A stretch of 64,000 nucleotides of DNA. Source: Bacteroidota bacterium (GTDB taxonomy: Bacteria > Bacteroidota > Rhodothermia > Rhodothermales > Bin80). Shown here piece after piece: positions 40,798 through 50,862 of this stretch. The position numbers were made by a program, and so were the translations under genes. How positions within the stretch are numbered: position 1 is the stretch's first letter; every line of letters begins with the position of its first letter. Below the pieces are notes generated by a model that saw only the letters and a list, made by a program, of their open reading frames with translations, had not been told where the DNA came from and searched no databases. Location: contig JAPPGC010000104.1 of NCBI GenBank assembly GCA_028875125.1, positions 24,746 through 88,745 on the forward strand. Direction: 5' to 3'.

Positions 40798-41991
40798 CTA
40801 ATCGAGCCGTAGTCGGTTCATCAAATTCCTCGCTAGAGTTTCTCCTATGGCAAGTGATGCGGTTGCGCTTGGAGAACTGGCATTTAATACACTCAGCACT
40901 CGTTGACGTTCTTTGATATACATGCTTCGAATCATTTTGCCATCGGCTCTGACTGCCTGTGCGCGCACGCCACTTCGTGCAGGCCTAAGATCAGCTAGTT
41001 TAACTGCGGGAATCAGGCGTTGTAATTCTCGCAAATAATACTTTTTGCTGAGGCTTTGCAGAATTTCTCGTGCAGCAGTTCGCCACAATGAGCGTGCGAG
41101 ATGCCAACTTCCAGGCCAAAGAACTGTATCCAGGATGTCTCCGGGTACAACTGTGAAGCCTGTATATCCCTCCCGGGATAGTGCCAGAACGGCGCTTGGG
41201 CCACAAAGAACGCGGCCGTCTGTCATACGGGTCGCATGTACACCAAGGAAGGGGGCACGTTCATCTCCCGCGGGATAAATGAGATGGCGACAGTACTGTC
41301 GGGATAGGAGTTCGTAATACTCCCCTCTGAACGGTAATACACGAATATTTGGTTCCTGTCCCAGAAGTTTAGCTACACGGTCAGCATACAATCCGGCACA
41401 GTTAAGAACATGCCGCGCATGGACCGTAAGACTGTCGGTCTCCAGAACAATATGTTGACGCTCCTCGTGCGCCCCGTACACGCATGAATTTGTCAATACG
41501 TCTGTGCCTTGTTCCTGTGCTAGCGACATCAGGCGCCGCACGACGCCCGGATAATCCACGATACCAGCATCACGCACCAAAAGGGCTTTACTACCGGCGG
41601 AATACGGCTCACGTTCTCGGAGTGCGTCTCGGTCTATGATTTGGCATTGCACACCATTTGCACGTCCCCATTCGTAAAACGTGTATAGGCGAGCCAATTC
41701 CCGGGGGGTGCTGCCTATGATCACCTTGCCGCAGAGCTCGAATGGCAGGTCGTTGGTACGGCAGAATTCTTCCATTAACCGTCGCCCGCGCAGACACGTC
41801 TGTGCCTGTTTTGACCTTGGCTTATAGTAGATTCCTGAGTGCAGCACACCCGAATTACGGCCTGACTGATGTGTTGCGACGGAACTTTCCTTCTCGAGAA
41901 CCAAGACTCGACAATCATAGCGCCGGCCCAGTTGCCAAGCTGTTGCAAGGCCGACAATTCCTCCCCCAATGATTGCTACGTCACACTCCAC
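40798..41991 (-). CDS. lhgO: L-2-hydroxyglutarate oxidase (FAD-dependent)
   Basis: DVAIIGGGIVGLATA dinucleotide fold, LEKE...HQSGRNSGVLHSGIYYKP, PFRGEYYEL, FLGVHATRMTDG, GVRAQAV..DG and LNASSPSATASLAIG are collinear with E. coli LhgO (YgaF). GTG start. Confidence 0.85.
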   Translation of the reverse strand: MECDVAIIGGGIVGLATAWQLGRRYDCRVLVLEKESSVATHQSGRNSGVLHSGIYYKPRSKQAQTCLRGRRLMEEFCRTNDLPFELCGKVIIGSTPRELARLYTFYEWGRANGVQCQIIDRDALREREPYSAGSKALLVRDAGIVDYPGVVRRLMSLAQEQGTDVLTNSCVYGAHEERQHIVLETDSLTVHARHVLNCAGLYADRVAKLLGQEPNIRVLPFRGEYYELLSRQYCRHLIYPAGDERAPFLGVHATRMTDGRVLCGPSAVLALSREGYTGFTVVPGDILDTVLWPGSWHLARSLWRTAAREILQSLSKKYYLRELQRLIPAVKLADLRPARSGVRAQAVRADGKMIRSMYIKERQRVLSVLNASSPSATASLAIGETLARNLMNRLRLD

Positions 41992-41999
41992 AAGTAGGA

Positions 42000-43301
42000 C
42001 TAGGAGCTCTCTGTTGCAGGTAAACCGTGACGCACAACCTGTTCCATGGCATCTACAAAACGGTTCAGTTCCTCCAAGGTTGTGAATAGGTTAGCCGTAA
42101 CTCGCAGGCCTTCAAATTCCGCGTGTTTAATTGGTGTAGCGATTATGCGGTGCGCATCCCATAGGTGTGTGCCCACCTCCGCCGTATCAATGCCCTCAAT
42201 CTGGACCGTGCCGATACAACAGGAAAATTCGGGCTTGAGGCTGGTGTGCAGACGAACGCGGTCGTGCTGCATGAGCGGTTTTGCCCAGTAGTCACGCAGG
42301 TACCGCAGACGATCCTCCTTGCGTTTGGCTCCAATACCCTGATGGAAGGTAAGCGCTTCGGCAATAGCTATGTAGTTGGCCGCAGGGTGCGTACCAATTT
42401 CTTCGTACTTGCGAATATCTTCATCCATGCCCTCGGGAGCTGCCATAAGCGGCCATAATTCCTTGATTTTATCCTTGCGCACGTGCAGCAGCCCCGTGCC
42501 ATGTGGTGCCAATAGCCACTTGTGCAGGCTGGAAGCGTAGTAGTCGCAATCCAGATCTTCATGCTTAAAATCGAAATGCCCAAACGCGTGTGCACCGTCC
42601 ACGATAACCGGGATACCCTTGCGTCGATCCATTTGGACTACCGGCTTCACTGGCAGGATTTGACCGGTAATATTGATCATGTGGCACATGAGTATGGCAC
42701 GGGTGCGGGGGCCAATGTTTTCCTCAAAGAGGCGTACGATCTCTCCCGGATCTTCGGAGGGTATGGGTATGGAAAACTGTTTAAGGACAATTCCTTCACG
42801 GCGTTCTCGTTGCTTGAACGTAGTGATCATACGTCCATAGTCCTGCGTGGTAGTTAACACTTCATCACCAGGCTCAAATTCCAGTCCCAATTGGCATATC
42901 TGAAGACCTTTACTTGCATTGCGGGTCAGTGCGATCTCCTCGGAATCACAGCCAAACTCCAACGCCAAGCGTTGTCGGACTCCCTCGCGCTGAGGTTCCA
43001 AGATGCGCCACATGGTGTACACTGGTGCTTCATTGGAGTAGTCCAGATGTCCTTTCATAGCCTCTTGGACAATCCTTGGAGAAGGGCTCACGCCGCCGCT
43101 GTTGAGGTTGATTAGACTGCGGTCAACCGTGAAGGCCTGTTGCACCTCACGCCAAAAAGTCTCATCTCGCGTTACATCGCCAGTTACACCCGCTATGTGT
43201 TCAAGTACAGCCGGAACTCGCGCAGGAACCAGTGAACTGTATGTGAGGGCCGCGGCTGCGGGGGCCCCAATCTGGTAAAGAAACTGCCTGCGGTTTGACA
43301 T
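42000..43301 (-). CDS. Class-V-fold PLP-dependent aminotransferase/epimerase-like enzyme with twin-arginine signal
   Basis: ATG 43301 gives MSNRRQFLYQIGAPAAAALTYSSL, a Tat motif (S-R-R-x-F-L). The PLP lysine context is YYASSLHKWLLAPHGTG, and DGAHAFGH is also present. Confidence 0.8.
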   Translation of the reverse strand: MSNRRQFLYQIGAPAAAALTYSSLVPARVPAVLEHIAGVTGDVTRDETFWREVQQAFTVDRSLINLNSGGVSPSPRIVQEAMKGHLDYSNEAPVYTMWRILEPQREGVRQRLALEFGCDSEEIALTRNASKGLQICQLGLEFEPGDEVLTTTQDYGRMITTFKQRERREGIVLKQFSIPIPSEDPGEIVRLFEENIGPRTRAILMCHMINITGQILPVKPVVQMDRRKGIPVIVDGAHAFGHFDFKHEDLDCDYYASSLHKWLLAPHGTGLLHVRKDKIKELWPLMAAPEGMDEDIRKYEEIGTHPAANYIAIAEALTFHQGIGAKRKEDRLRYLRDYWAKPLMQHDRVRLHTSLKPEFSCCIGTVQIEGIDTAEVGTHLWDAHRIIATPIKHAEFEGLRVTANLFTTLEELNRFVDAMEQVVRHGLPATESS

Positions 43302-43369
43302 GACTAAACCCTTCTTTAATTGATCAGTAAACAAATTAAGACATTTCATACACTGATATAGAGATTATT

Positions 43370-44419
43370 GTGCGACCCGAGGTACGCATGTTTTGTTGGG
43401 TTCTAGTCTGTTTACTGATTGCCGGCTGCGACGCGGGCGACCGGCAAAATGACACGGTCTCCGTGATCAGATCCGTGACACTTGACGCTCGGAATGAGCC
43501 GTCCGCGGCAATGCTGCCCAAGCTGAAAGAATCCGGGCTCACACATATAACGCTGGTGCAGTTTGGTTTTCAGCGGGATGTTGACATTCCTGAGATCCGC
43601 ATGAATCCCGACGCAAGATGGTACAGTGAAAGTGATCAAGCGGCGCGGGAATTGTCTCAAAAAGCTGACAGCCTCGGAATGGGGATTATCCTAAAGCCGC
43701 ATCTTTGGCTTGGTCGTTACAGTTCTGAAGGTCAGTCGAGAAGCTCAATAGGCTATTCGGAGGAACACGATTGGCAGACTTGGGAGACGCAGTACACTAA
43801 GCTGCTCATGCATTACGCACACCTCGCCGAAGAGATTAATGCGGCAATGCTGGTAATTGGTACTGAACTTGCAAAAAGTGCTCATGAACGCCCGGATTAT
43901 TGGCGCGGACTCATAAGGGATATACGTTCTGCGTACCGGGGCAATCTGACTTATGCGGCCAACTGGTGGGAGGAATACGAGGAAATTGAGTTTTGGGATG
44001 TGCTTGATTATATAGGTGTGCAGGCATATTTCGAACTTTCCGATGAACCCAACCCAACCAACGGGATGCTGGCAGAGGGCTGGGAGCCTCATATTGAGGC
44101 GCTTGCGGGTCTCTCAAAGCGTATAAATCGCCCCATTCTTTTTACTGAAATTGGCTACCGGAATGTCCCTGATGCGGCCGCCAAGCCATGGCGATGGCCC
44201 TCGCGTGGAGAAGCGGATTTGGTGGAGCCGGATGATGATTTACAGGCCCGCCTGTATGAAGTGTTTTTTGACGAGTTGTGGGACAAACCGTGGTTCAGTG
44301 GTGCCATTCTCTGGAAATGGTACGGCGATCGTGACCGGCCTCGCACCTATCTGGATTTCACTCCACAAGGAAAGCCGGCCGAAGAAGTTATCCGTTCCCG
44401 GTTCACAGCCAGCCTGTAG
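43370..44419 (+). CDS. Putative glycoside hydrolase lipoprotein (TIM-barrel, clan GH-A-like)
   Basis: Lipobox LIAGC|DAG. VIGTELAKS and LFTEIGYRN are spaced as the acid/base and nucleophile glutamates of a (beta/alpha)8 glycosidase. The family is not resolved. Confidence 0.45.
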   Translation: MRPEVRMFCWVLVCLLIAGCDAGDRQNDTVSVIRSVTLDARNEPSAAMLPKLKESGLTHITLVQFGFQRDVDIPEIRMNPDARWYSESDQAARELSQKADSLGMGIILKPHLWLGRYSSEGQSRSSIGYSEEHDWQTWETQYTKLLMHYAHLAEEINAAMLVIGTELAKSAHERPDYWRGLIRDIRSAYRGNLTYAANWWEEYEEIEFWDVLDYIGVQAYFELSDEPNPTNGMLAEGWEPHIEALAGLSKRINRPILFTEIGYRNVPDAAAKPWRWPSRGEADLVEPDDDLQARLYEVFFDELWDKPWFSGAILWKWYGDRDRPRTYLDFTPQGKPAEEVIRSRFTASL

Positions 44420-44423
44420 GTAC

Positions 44424-45602
44424 ATGCGAACGCTCTGTTTGCTGCTCGTGGTTTTTTTGCTGGGCTGCGATTCGTCAGGCATGGAACCCGAACCCACTCC
44501 GGTAAGGGGAGATGTTATTGACGTGACCACTCTTGCAACCTACACAGCTGAGGAGGTATCACAACTGGTTGGCGCATATGGGATACCTTATTCAGCGAGG
44601 TATGGTATTTCATTTTATGTCATAGAGTACCTGACCGTGGATACGCATGAAGAGGAAACGACGGCTTCGGGTGCAGTAGCCGTTCCGCAACCTGTTTTAC
44701 GGTCGCTTCCGATGGTTTCGTTTCAGCACGGGACGGTAACGCGGCGTTCGGGTGCGCCTTCTAGAGGTGACACGAATGAAGCTGTGGTGGGCATGTTTTT
44801 TGCCGCAGACGGGTATTTATCAGTAATGCCTGACCTGCTTGGGTTGGGGCGTTCGCCGGGGCTGCATCCCTATTTGATAGCTGATGTATCTGCTTCGGCA
44901 ATAGTCGATATGATGCAGGCTGTGGTTCGCTGGTCCGCCACCCAGCCATGGAGCTACTCGGGCGAGGTTTACATGGCAGGATACTCGGCAGGCGGTTACA
45001 CGGGCATGGCAGCACATCGCCTTTTGGAGGCTGAGTATTCAAGCGAATTTACCATTAAAGCGTCTTCCCTGATGGCAGGACCTTACGGTTTGAGTGGAAC
45101 CATGTTGGACCTCATGCTGCGTGAAGAACCATATCCCCAACCGTATTATTTCCCCTACGTGCTATTCAGCTATAACGAGGCTTATGGTTTGTATGACAGT
45201 CCGTCTGATTTTCTTGCAAGCCCTTACGATGTTACGTTACCTCCATTATTTGACGGAATGCATGGCGGCGGTGACATTAATGAGGCTATGCCAACTATCC
45301 CGATTCAAATTGTACATCCAGATGTTCGCCGGTCCTTTCTGTCTGACCTCAACCACCCATTCCGTCAGCGTCTGCGTGAGAATGATCTGACCAACTGGAC
45401 ACCGCGGGCACCAACACGGTTATATCATTGCGCGGCTGACGAACTCGTACCCATTGAAAATTCTATAATTGCCGCACAGTCGCTTGGCGAGGCCGCTACA
45501 TTGTTGGATCCCAGCCCGCAAAGTGAGCATGGTGACTGTGCTCCCCTCGCAATTGCAAGCACACGAGCGTGGTTCAATTCGGTATCTACATCGGGACAGT
45601 AA
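44424..45602 (+). CDS. Alpha/beta-hydrolase lipoprotein (secretory-lipase-like)
   Basis: ATG 44424 gives MRTLCLLLVVFLLGC|DSS (lipobox). The nucleophile elbow is GYSAGGY. The track's 5' extension overlapping the previous gene was rejected. Confidence 0.5.
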   Translation: MRTLCLLLVVFLLGCDSSGMEPEPTPVRGDVIDVTTLATYTAEEVSQLVGAYGIPYSARYGISFYVIEYLTVDTHEEETTASGAVAVPQPVLRSLPMVSFQHGTVTRRSGAPSRGDTNEAVVGMFFAADGYLSVMPDLLGLGRSPGLHPYLIADVSASAIVDMMQAVVRWSATQPWSYSGEVYMAGYSAGGYTGMAAHRLLEAEYSSEFTIKASSLMAGPYGLSGTMLDLMLREEPYPQPYYFPYVLFSYNEAYGLYDSPSDFLASPYDVTLPPLFDGMHGGGDINEAMPTIPIQIVHPDVRRSFLSDLNHPFRQRLRENDLTNWTPRAPTRLYHCAADELVPIENSIIAAQSLGEAATLLDPSPQSEHGDCAPLAIASTRAWFNSVSTSGQ

Positions 45603-45651
45603 CATCCGGCACTAGTCTGAACTGGTCAGGCTTTCCGGGACAGCAAGGGGG

Positions 45652-47370
45652 TCACTGAACCAGAAGTTTCCCGTGAGCAGTCAATAACGCATTCTGCTTG
45701 GTAACGATGACACGGTACAGGTACACTCCTCCAGGGAGCGTACTTGTGGGTACAAGGACGGATTGTTGAATTGCCGGAGCCATGATTTGCGGGGGTATGG
45801 TAGTAATGCGGCGCCCAAGCAAGTCATGTAACTCTACCGATACGCTGGCTCGCTCAGGCAGGTCAAAAACTATGCGCGTGTCACCGGACGAGGGACTGGG
45901 AAAGTGACCATGAAGAATAAAGCCTGGTAACACATCTGTGAGTTCATTGGTCAGTGATTCGTGTATGGAGAGTTCGAACTGTAGTGCTCCCTGCAAACCA
46001 TTGGTATCTACGGCATGGAGCGTATAGGTAGTCGTGTCTGCGAGGACAGTGGCTGTTCCCTGTAATATGCGCGTTGAAGCATCAAAGGACAGCCCCGCGG
46101 GAAGAGAGGGGGAAAGCGAGTAGGTAAATGATCCACTTCCCCCTCGGGCAGCGGGCAGCGTAGTGGTTGGGATCGGGGCACCCAGCGTGAATTGAAGGGG
46201 CTTAACAAAGGACTCAAATCCCAGTGAGCCGCCTGTTGCCGAGAACCTGTAAATCCGCCCATTTCCGGCGAGCATAAAAACCTCGCCTTGGTGGTCTATG
46301 CCGAAAGATAGAGGAGACAGGAACCTGTCTTCTAATAATGCGCTTTCCAGCAGGGTATTTCCGTCGTAGAGCAGTCCCCAAAACCGACCGTCGACATAGT
46401 CTCCGAAAACGTACCAGCCTGTAAGATCCGGTACCCCAGGGCCGCGATAAACGTATCCGCCCGTTACGGAGGCAGGACCGTTTGAGTGATCATATTCAAA
46501 AATCGGTAGCACCAGGCCACTTTGGTCACAGTTCGCACGCGGCCGAAAACACCGCGTTCCTTCCATAATCGGCCACCCATAGTTCTTGCCATTTTCGATG
46601 ATATCGATTTCTTCGATCGTGTTTTGTCCTACATCTGCGGCGTAAAAAACGCCAGTCTTGAAATCGAAAGCAAATCTCCATGGATTACGAAGTCCCCAGG
46701 CAAAGATTTCCGGCAGACCAGCAGCCCCGCTGGCAAAAGGGTTATCCGGCGGGATTGTGTAGGGAACATCATCCACATTGATTCTGGAGATAGTACCCAG
46801 AAGCGAGCGTGTATTCTGACCGTTTCGGAATTGGTCGTTTGCACCACCCCCATCACCGAAGGCAATGTACAGAGCACCTTCGGGCCCAAAGCCCAATTGT
46901 CCGCCGTTGTGGTTGCCAGCGGGCTGATTTACCTCGAGGATCACGGTTCCACTGTTCAAATCGGCCCGGTTTGGATCACCAGCGAGTAAACTGAAACGTG
47001 CGACCACGCTCCGTCTTGGGTTTGAGGCAGTGTAGTAGACAAAAAAGTACCCGTTAACGGCGTGGTCCGGATGGAAGGCCAGCCCAAGCAAACCCTCCTC
47101 GTTATTAACTGCTCGAACACGGTCCCGTATGTCCAGGAATCTGTGGCGATCGGTTACATCCTGTTTGTTTTCAAAAGTCCAAATAATGCCTTGTTGCTCG
47201 ACTACATAGAGCTGTTCCCCGAAGTGCTGCATATCCACGGGCCGATTAAAGAAAAGGTTTGGAAATGCGTGTTCGAGAGTGACCTGGGGCTGGCTCCAGG
47301 CAGGGACTGCGGCAATAAATATCCCAGCGAGAATGAGGATGCACGTCCTTTGCATAACTGATTGAGGCAA
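45652..47370 (-). CDS. PQQ-dependent sugar (glucose/sorbosone) dehydrogenase with Ig-like domain and T9SS C-terminal domain
   Basis: GSDH beta-propeller blocks (EEGLLGLAFHPD, HNGGQLGFGPEGALYIAFGDGG, GLRNPWRFAFD, DVGQN..EEID....G.NYGWP). These are followed by a putative-Ig segment (FTYSLSPSLPAGLSFD) and a Por tail (...GGVYLYRVIVT...LLVQ). Confidence 0.8.
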   Translation of the reverse strand: MPQSVMQRTCILILAGIFIAAVPAWSQPQVTLEHAFPNLFFNRPVDMQHFGEQLYVVEQQGIIWTFENKQDVTDRHRFLDIRDRVRAVNNEEGLLGLAFHPDHAVNGYFFVYYTASNPRRSVVARFSLLAGDPNRADLNSGTVILEVNQPAGNHNGGQLGFGPEGALYIAFGDGGGANDQFRNGQNTRSLLGTISRINVDDVPYTIPPDNPFASGAAGLPEIFAWGLRNPWRFAFDFKTGVFYAADVGQNTIEEIDIIENGKNYGWPIMEGTRCFRPRANCDQSGLVLPIFEYDHSNGPASVTGGYVYRGPGVPDLTGWYVFGDYVDGRFWGLLYDGNTLLESALLEDRFLSPLSFGIDHQGEVFMLAGNGRIYRFSATGGSLGFESFVKPLQFTLGAPIPTTTLPAARGGSGSFTYSLSPSLPAGLSFDASTRILQGTATVLADTTTYTLHAVDTNGLQGALQFELSIHESLTNELTDVLPGFILHGHFPSPSSGDTRIVFDLPERASVSVELHDLLGRRITTIPPQIMAPAIQQSVLVPTSTLPGGVYLYRVIVTKQNALLTAHGKLLVQ

Positions 47371-47581
47371 TGAGGATTCTAGGATGCAATCCCCTTGGCT
47401 TACCCATCTCTCTCAAAAACGTTTTTCGAAATTGCGATAACCGGGAGGTATGAGGTGCTTGGGTTCGGAAACCTTCCTCAATTCACGATGATCCAGAATG
47501 TCTGCAGGGCCGGTTCGGGAAGGTGAAAGGGAATATCTTATAGCATCTCAAAAGAGATTGGTCTCAATTTGCAGGTTACCC

Positions 47582-49586
47582 ATGAAAACATTCGCAAGCT
47601 TAGTTGTCTTTTTCGTTATTACTGCCAGCGTGCAGGCGCAGGACCGGATTGAATTGGTGCAGTATTTGGACATGGAAACGGTGTCCAACCCACAGTTGTC
47701 CCCGGATGGGGCGGAAATCATTTATACGAGAGGCTGGATTGATAAGATGGAGGATCGGAGAGCATCAAGCCTCTGGATCATGGATTCGGATGGTGCCCAC
47801 AACCGGTTCCTGATTCACGGTTCTTCTCCTCGCTGGTCGCCTGACGGTACACGCTATCTCTATCTCGCGGAGGGAGAACCCAGTGGGCGTCAAATTTTTG
47901 TACAATGGCGGACCATTGCCGGGCCGGCCACACAGGTCACGCGCCTCGAGCGGGCGCCCTCCAATGTGCGATGGAGCCCGGATGGAAAATGGATTGCCTT
48001 TACTGCCTTTGTACCGGGAGATAAAGGCTGGGGCATTAGCCCACCCGGCAAACCGGAAGGGGCCAAGTGGACGGCCTCCCCGAGGGTCGTAGAAGATTTG
48101 GTCTATCGGCGTGACCGCGTTGGATTCTACGAGCCGGGATATACACACGTGTTTGTAGTTTCCGCCGAGGGAGGGACAGCACGGCAGCTCACAGATGGTG
48201 ATTGGCATCATGGACGTGCAGGTATAGCCTGGACCCCAGATGGATCCGAATCCTGTTTTCCAGTCTTCGCACTGAGGATGCACCTTGGGCATGGAGGGAG
48301 TCCGAAATCTATGCAGTCAGCGTTTCCTCGGGTGATATTCGACAGCTTACTACACGTAGAGGACCTGACAGTAATCCTGTTGTGTCGCCCGATGGACGCC
48401 TTGTCGCATACACGGGATATGACTTTTCAGATGATACATACATTGCGCAGCGCCTTTATGTGATGAATATTGACGGCAGTGGCTCAATGGTATTGACGGA
48501 AAGCCTTGACCGTTCCCCCAGAGGATTGATATGGCAACCTGACAGTGAGGGGGTATATTTTACGGCCAACGATCACGGTACGCGCAACTTGTACCATGTT
48601 GATCTGGATGGCAAGGTGAGGCCGATCACCCAACTGAATGCTATGCTGAGCATTTCGAGTGCGGTGAGAGGCCGGTTTGTCGGTACGTACAGCGATTCAT
48701 ACAATACTTCGCAGCTGGTTACTTTGGGTGTCGAGGAAGATTCTCCCCAATTATTGCTTGATGTTAATGAGGATGTTTTGGGGCATGTTGATCTAGGCGC
48801 TGTCGAAGAGATAAACTATTCCTCCTTGGATGATCTAGGTATTCAGGGGTGGATCATCAAGCCGCCGGACTTTGATGCCAATAAAAAGTATCCGCTGATT
48901 CTTGTGATCCATGGTGGTCCACATGGCATGTATAATGTCGGTTTCAGTTTTTCCTGGCAATACCATGCCGCCCAAGGGTATGTCGTGCTGTACACCAATC
49001 CACGAGGATCAAGCGGATACGGCAGTGACTTTGGTAATGCTATAAAGCGGGCATACCCCGGCAAAGATTACAATGATTTGATGCGTGGAGTAGACGAGGT
49101 GATTGCACGCGGGTATATAGATGAAGACAATTTATTTGTGTACGGATGCAGTGGGGGAGGTGTATTAACTTCATGGGTTGTCGGGCAGACCGATCGTTTT
49201 GCTGCTGCCAGTGCCAACTGTCCGGTAACCAACTGGCTTTCATTTGTAGGGACGGCAGACGGTGCATCCTGGTACTATAACTTTGACCATCTTCCTTGGG
49301 AAGATCCCTCGGAGCACCTGCGTCGCTCTCCACTCATGCATGTCGGTAATGTGTCTCGACACCAACCATGCTTATGACGGGGGTCAATGACCTACGTACC
49401 CCTATGTCGCAGACAGAGGAGTATTATCAGGCACTCAAATTGCTCAAGGTGCCTACTGCCATGATCCGCTTCAACGGGGAATACCACGGAACAACCTCCA
49501 AACCCAGTAACTATCTGCGCACACAGCTTTATCTGCACCACTGGTTTAAGAGGCATGCGCGTGACACCGATAGGGCGCACATGTAG
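47582..49586 (+). pseudogene. S9-family serine peptidase (acylaminoacyl-peptidase/DPP-like) interrupted by two frameshifts
   Basis: Three consecutive ORFs (47498.., 48202.., 49368..) together give a signal peptide, a TolB-like propeller (repeated SPDG motifs) and an alpha/beta domain. The catalytic GCSGGG Ser is in ORF2, while the Asp (GVNDLRTP) and His (GEYHG) are in ORF3. The frame changes fall near 48249-48251 and 49351-49360. Confidence 0.8.
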
Positions 49587-49594
49587 ACTTCTGG

Positions 49595-50719
49595 ATGATA
49601 ACACACCCCATTGCTGTATTCCTGATTCTGGCAGTTATCGTTTGGGCTGCGGTGTGGCTGGAGTCTCGCGTAGCGCTCTTCAAGGCGCTCAGTGCCGCGT
49701 TGGTTGGCATACTGCTGGCTATGGTATTATCCAATGTGGGGATCATTCCGGCGGATAACAAGGCCTATGATGTTCTGATTAACCCCGGTATCAGTCTGGG
49801 CATTGTACTGATTTTGCTGGAGGTAAATGTCAAAACCATTCGCAAGGCAGGTGGTGCAATGCTGGCTGCATTTGGTCTGGGAGCGGTCGGCACCGCTGCA
49901 GGCGCATTTGTATCGGCACTGGTATTGGCACCGCTCGTTGGACCAGAGACCTGGAAGTTAGCCGGTCAGTTTACAGGTACCTATAATGGAGGTGGCGTCA
50001 ATTTTGCAGCGCTGGGGCGTGCGTTTGATACTAGCAGTGAGCTTTTTGCTGCTGCAATTGCCGCAGACGTACTGTTGACAGCACTGTGGATGGCCGCTTG
50101 CCTGATGGTTCCGTTACTTTTCAGGCGAAAGCAGAGGAAGGAAAGTACCCAGTCCCAAGATGGTCTAACCCAATCTTTATACAAGAGCAAGGAGCGTATA
50201 GCCTTGCAGGATACCGCCCTCCTAGTGGTTATCGCGCTGGGTGCAGTATGGTTTTCAGAACAATTGGGGAGTATAGTTCTGGTCATCCCTGAGGTGCTGT
50301 GGTTGACCACCATTGCACTTGCAGTCGCACAAGTGCCACAAGTGCGTCGACTTTCGGGTGCGGCCATGTGGGGATACTATTTGCTCCTGCTCTTCCTCAC
50401 CACGAATGGGGCACAGTCTGTGGTGCGCAATATTGTAGCCATTGGTCCAGGTGTGCTTTACTTTGCGATCGGTACACTGACGCTGCATGGAATTTTTGTA
50501 TTCGGTTTTGGCGTATTGTTCAGGATGGATCCGACTACGCTGGCAATAGCTTCACAGGCAAATGTGGGCGGACCTGCATCGGCAATGGCATTGGCCACTG
50601 CGCGGGGTGCAACGGATCGGGTATTGTCAGGTGTGGCAGTGGGGCTGCTTGGATATGCGATCGGCAATTACACTGGTTTCGCAATTGGTATGCTGGTACG
50701 CGGAATTCTGGGATACTAG
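49595..50719 (+). CDS. Polytopic membrane protein, DUF819-like
   Basis: About 10 predicted TM helices. The N-terminal pattern ...WLE....FK.LSAAL..ILLAMVLSNVGIIP resembles DUF819. This is recalled and not verified. Confidence 0.5.
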   Translation: MITHPIAVFLILAVIVWAAVWLESRVALFKALSAALVGILLAMVLSNVGIIPADNKAYDVLINPGISLGIVLILLEVNVKTIRKAGGAMLAAFGLGAVGTAAGAFVSALVLAPLVGPETWKLAGQFTGTYNGGGVNFAALGRAFDTSSELFAAAIAADVLLTALWMAACLMVPLLFRRKQRKESTQSQDGLTQSLYKSKERIALQDTALLVVIALGAVWFSEQLGSIVLVIPEVLWLTTIALAVAQVPQVRRLSGAAMWGYYLLLLFLTTNGAQSVVRNIVAIGPGVLYFAIGTLTLHGIFVFGFGVLFRMDPTTLAIASQANVGGPASAMALATARGATDRVLSGVAVGLLGYAIGNYTGFAIGMLVRGILGY

Positions 50720-50862
50720 GATGTAGGCTTTATCGGGCGTGGGCGATAATCATATGAGGATGAGAGCCAGTTGCGACAGGTATAACTGAAAGGCGTGGTT
50801 CTGGACGGATCAATCCATGTCCTGAAGGGAATAAATATCGTCTTCTACACTGCAATAGATTC

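Noticed and set aside
44151-44423. 91-codon 5' extension of the lipase-like ORF. Analogous extensions occur at 21297-21410 (holA), 20914-20955, 28056-28097, 5570-5611 and 43302-43349.
   Set aside because: These extensions overlap the upstream genes. The internal starts give proper lipobox, signal, Tat or family-typical N-termini.
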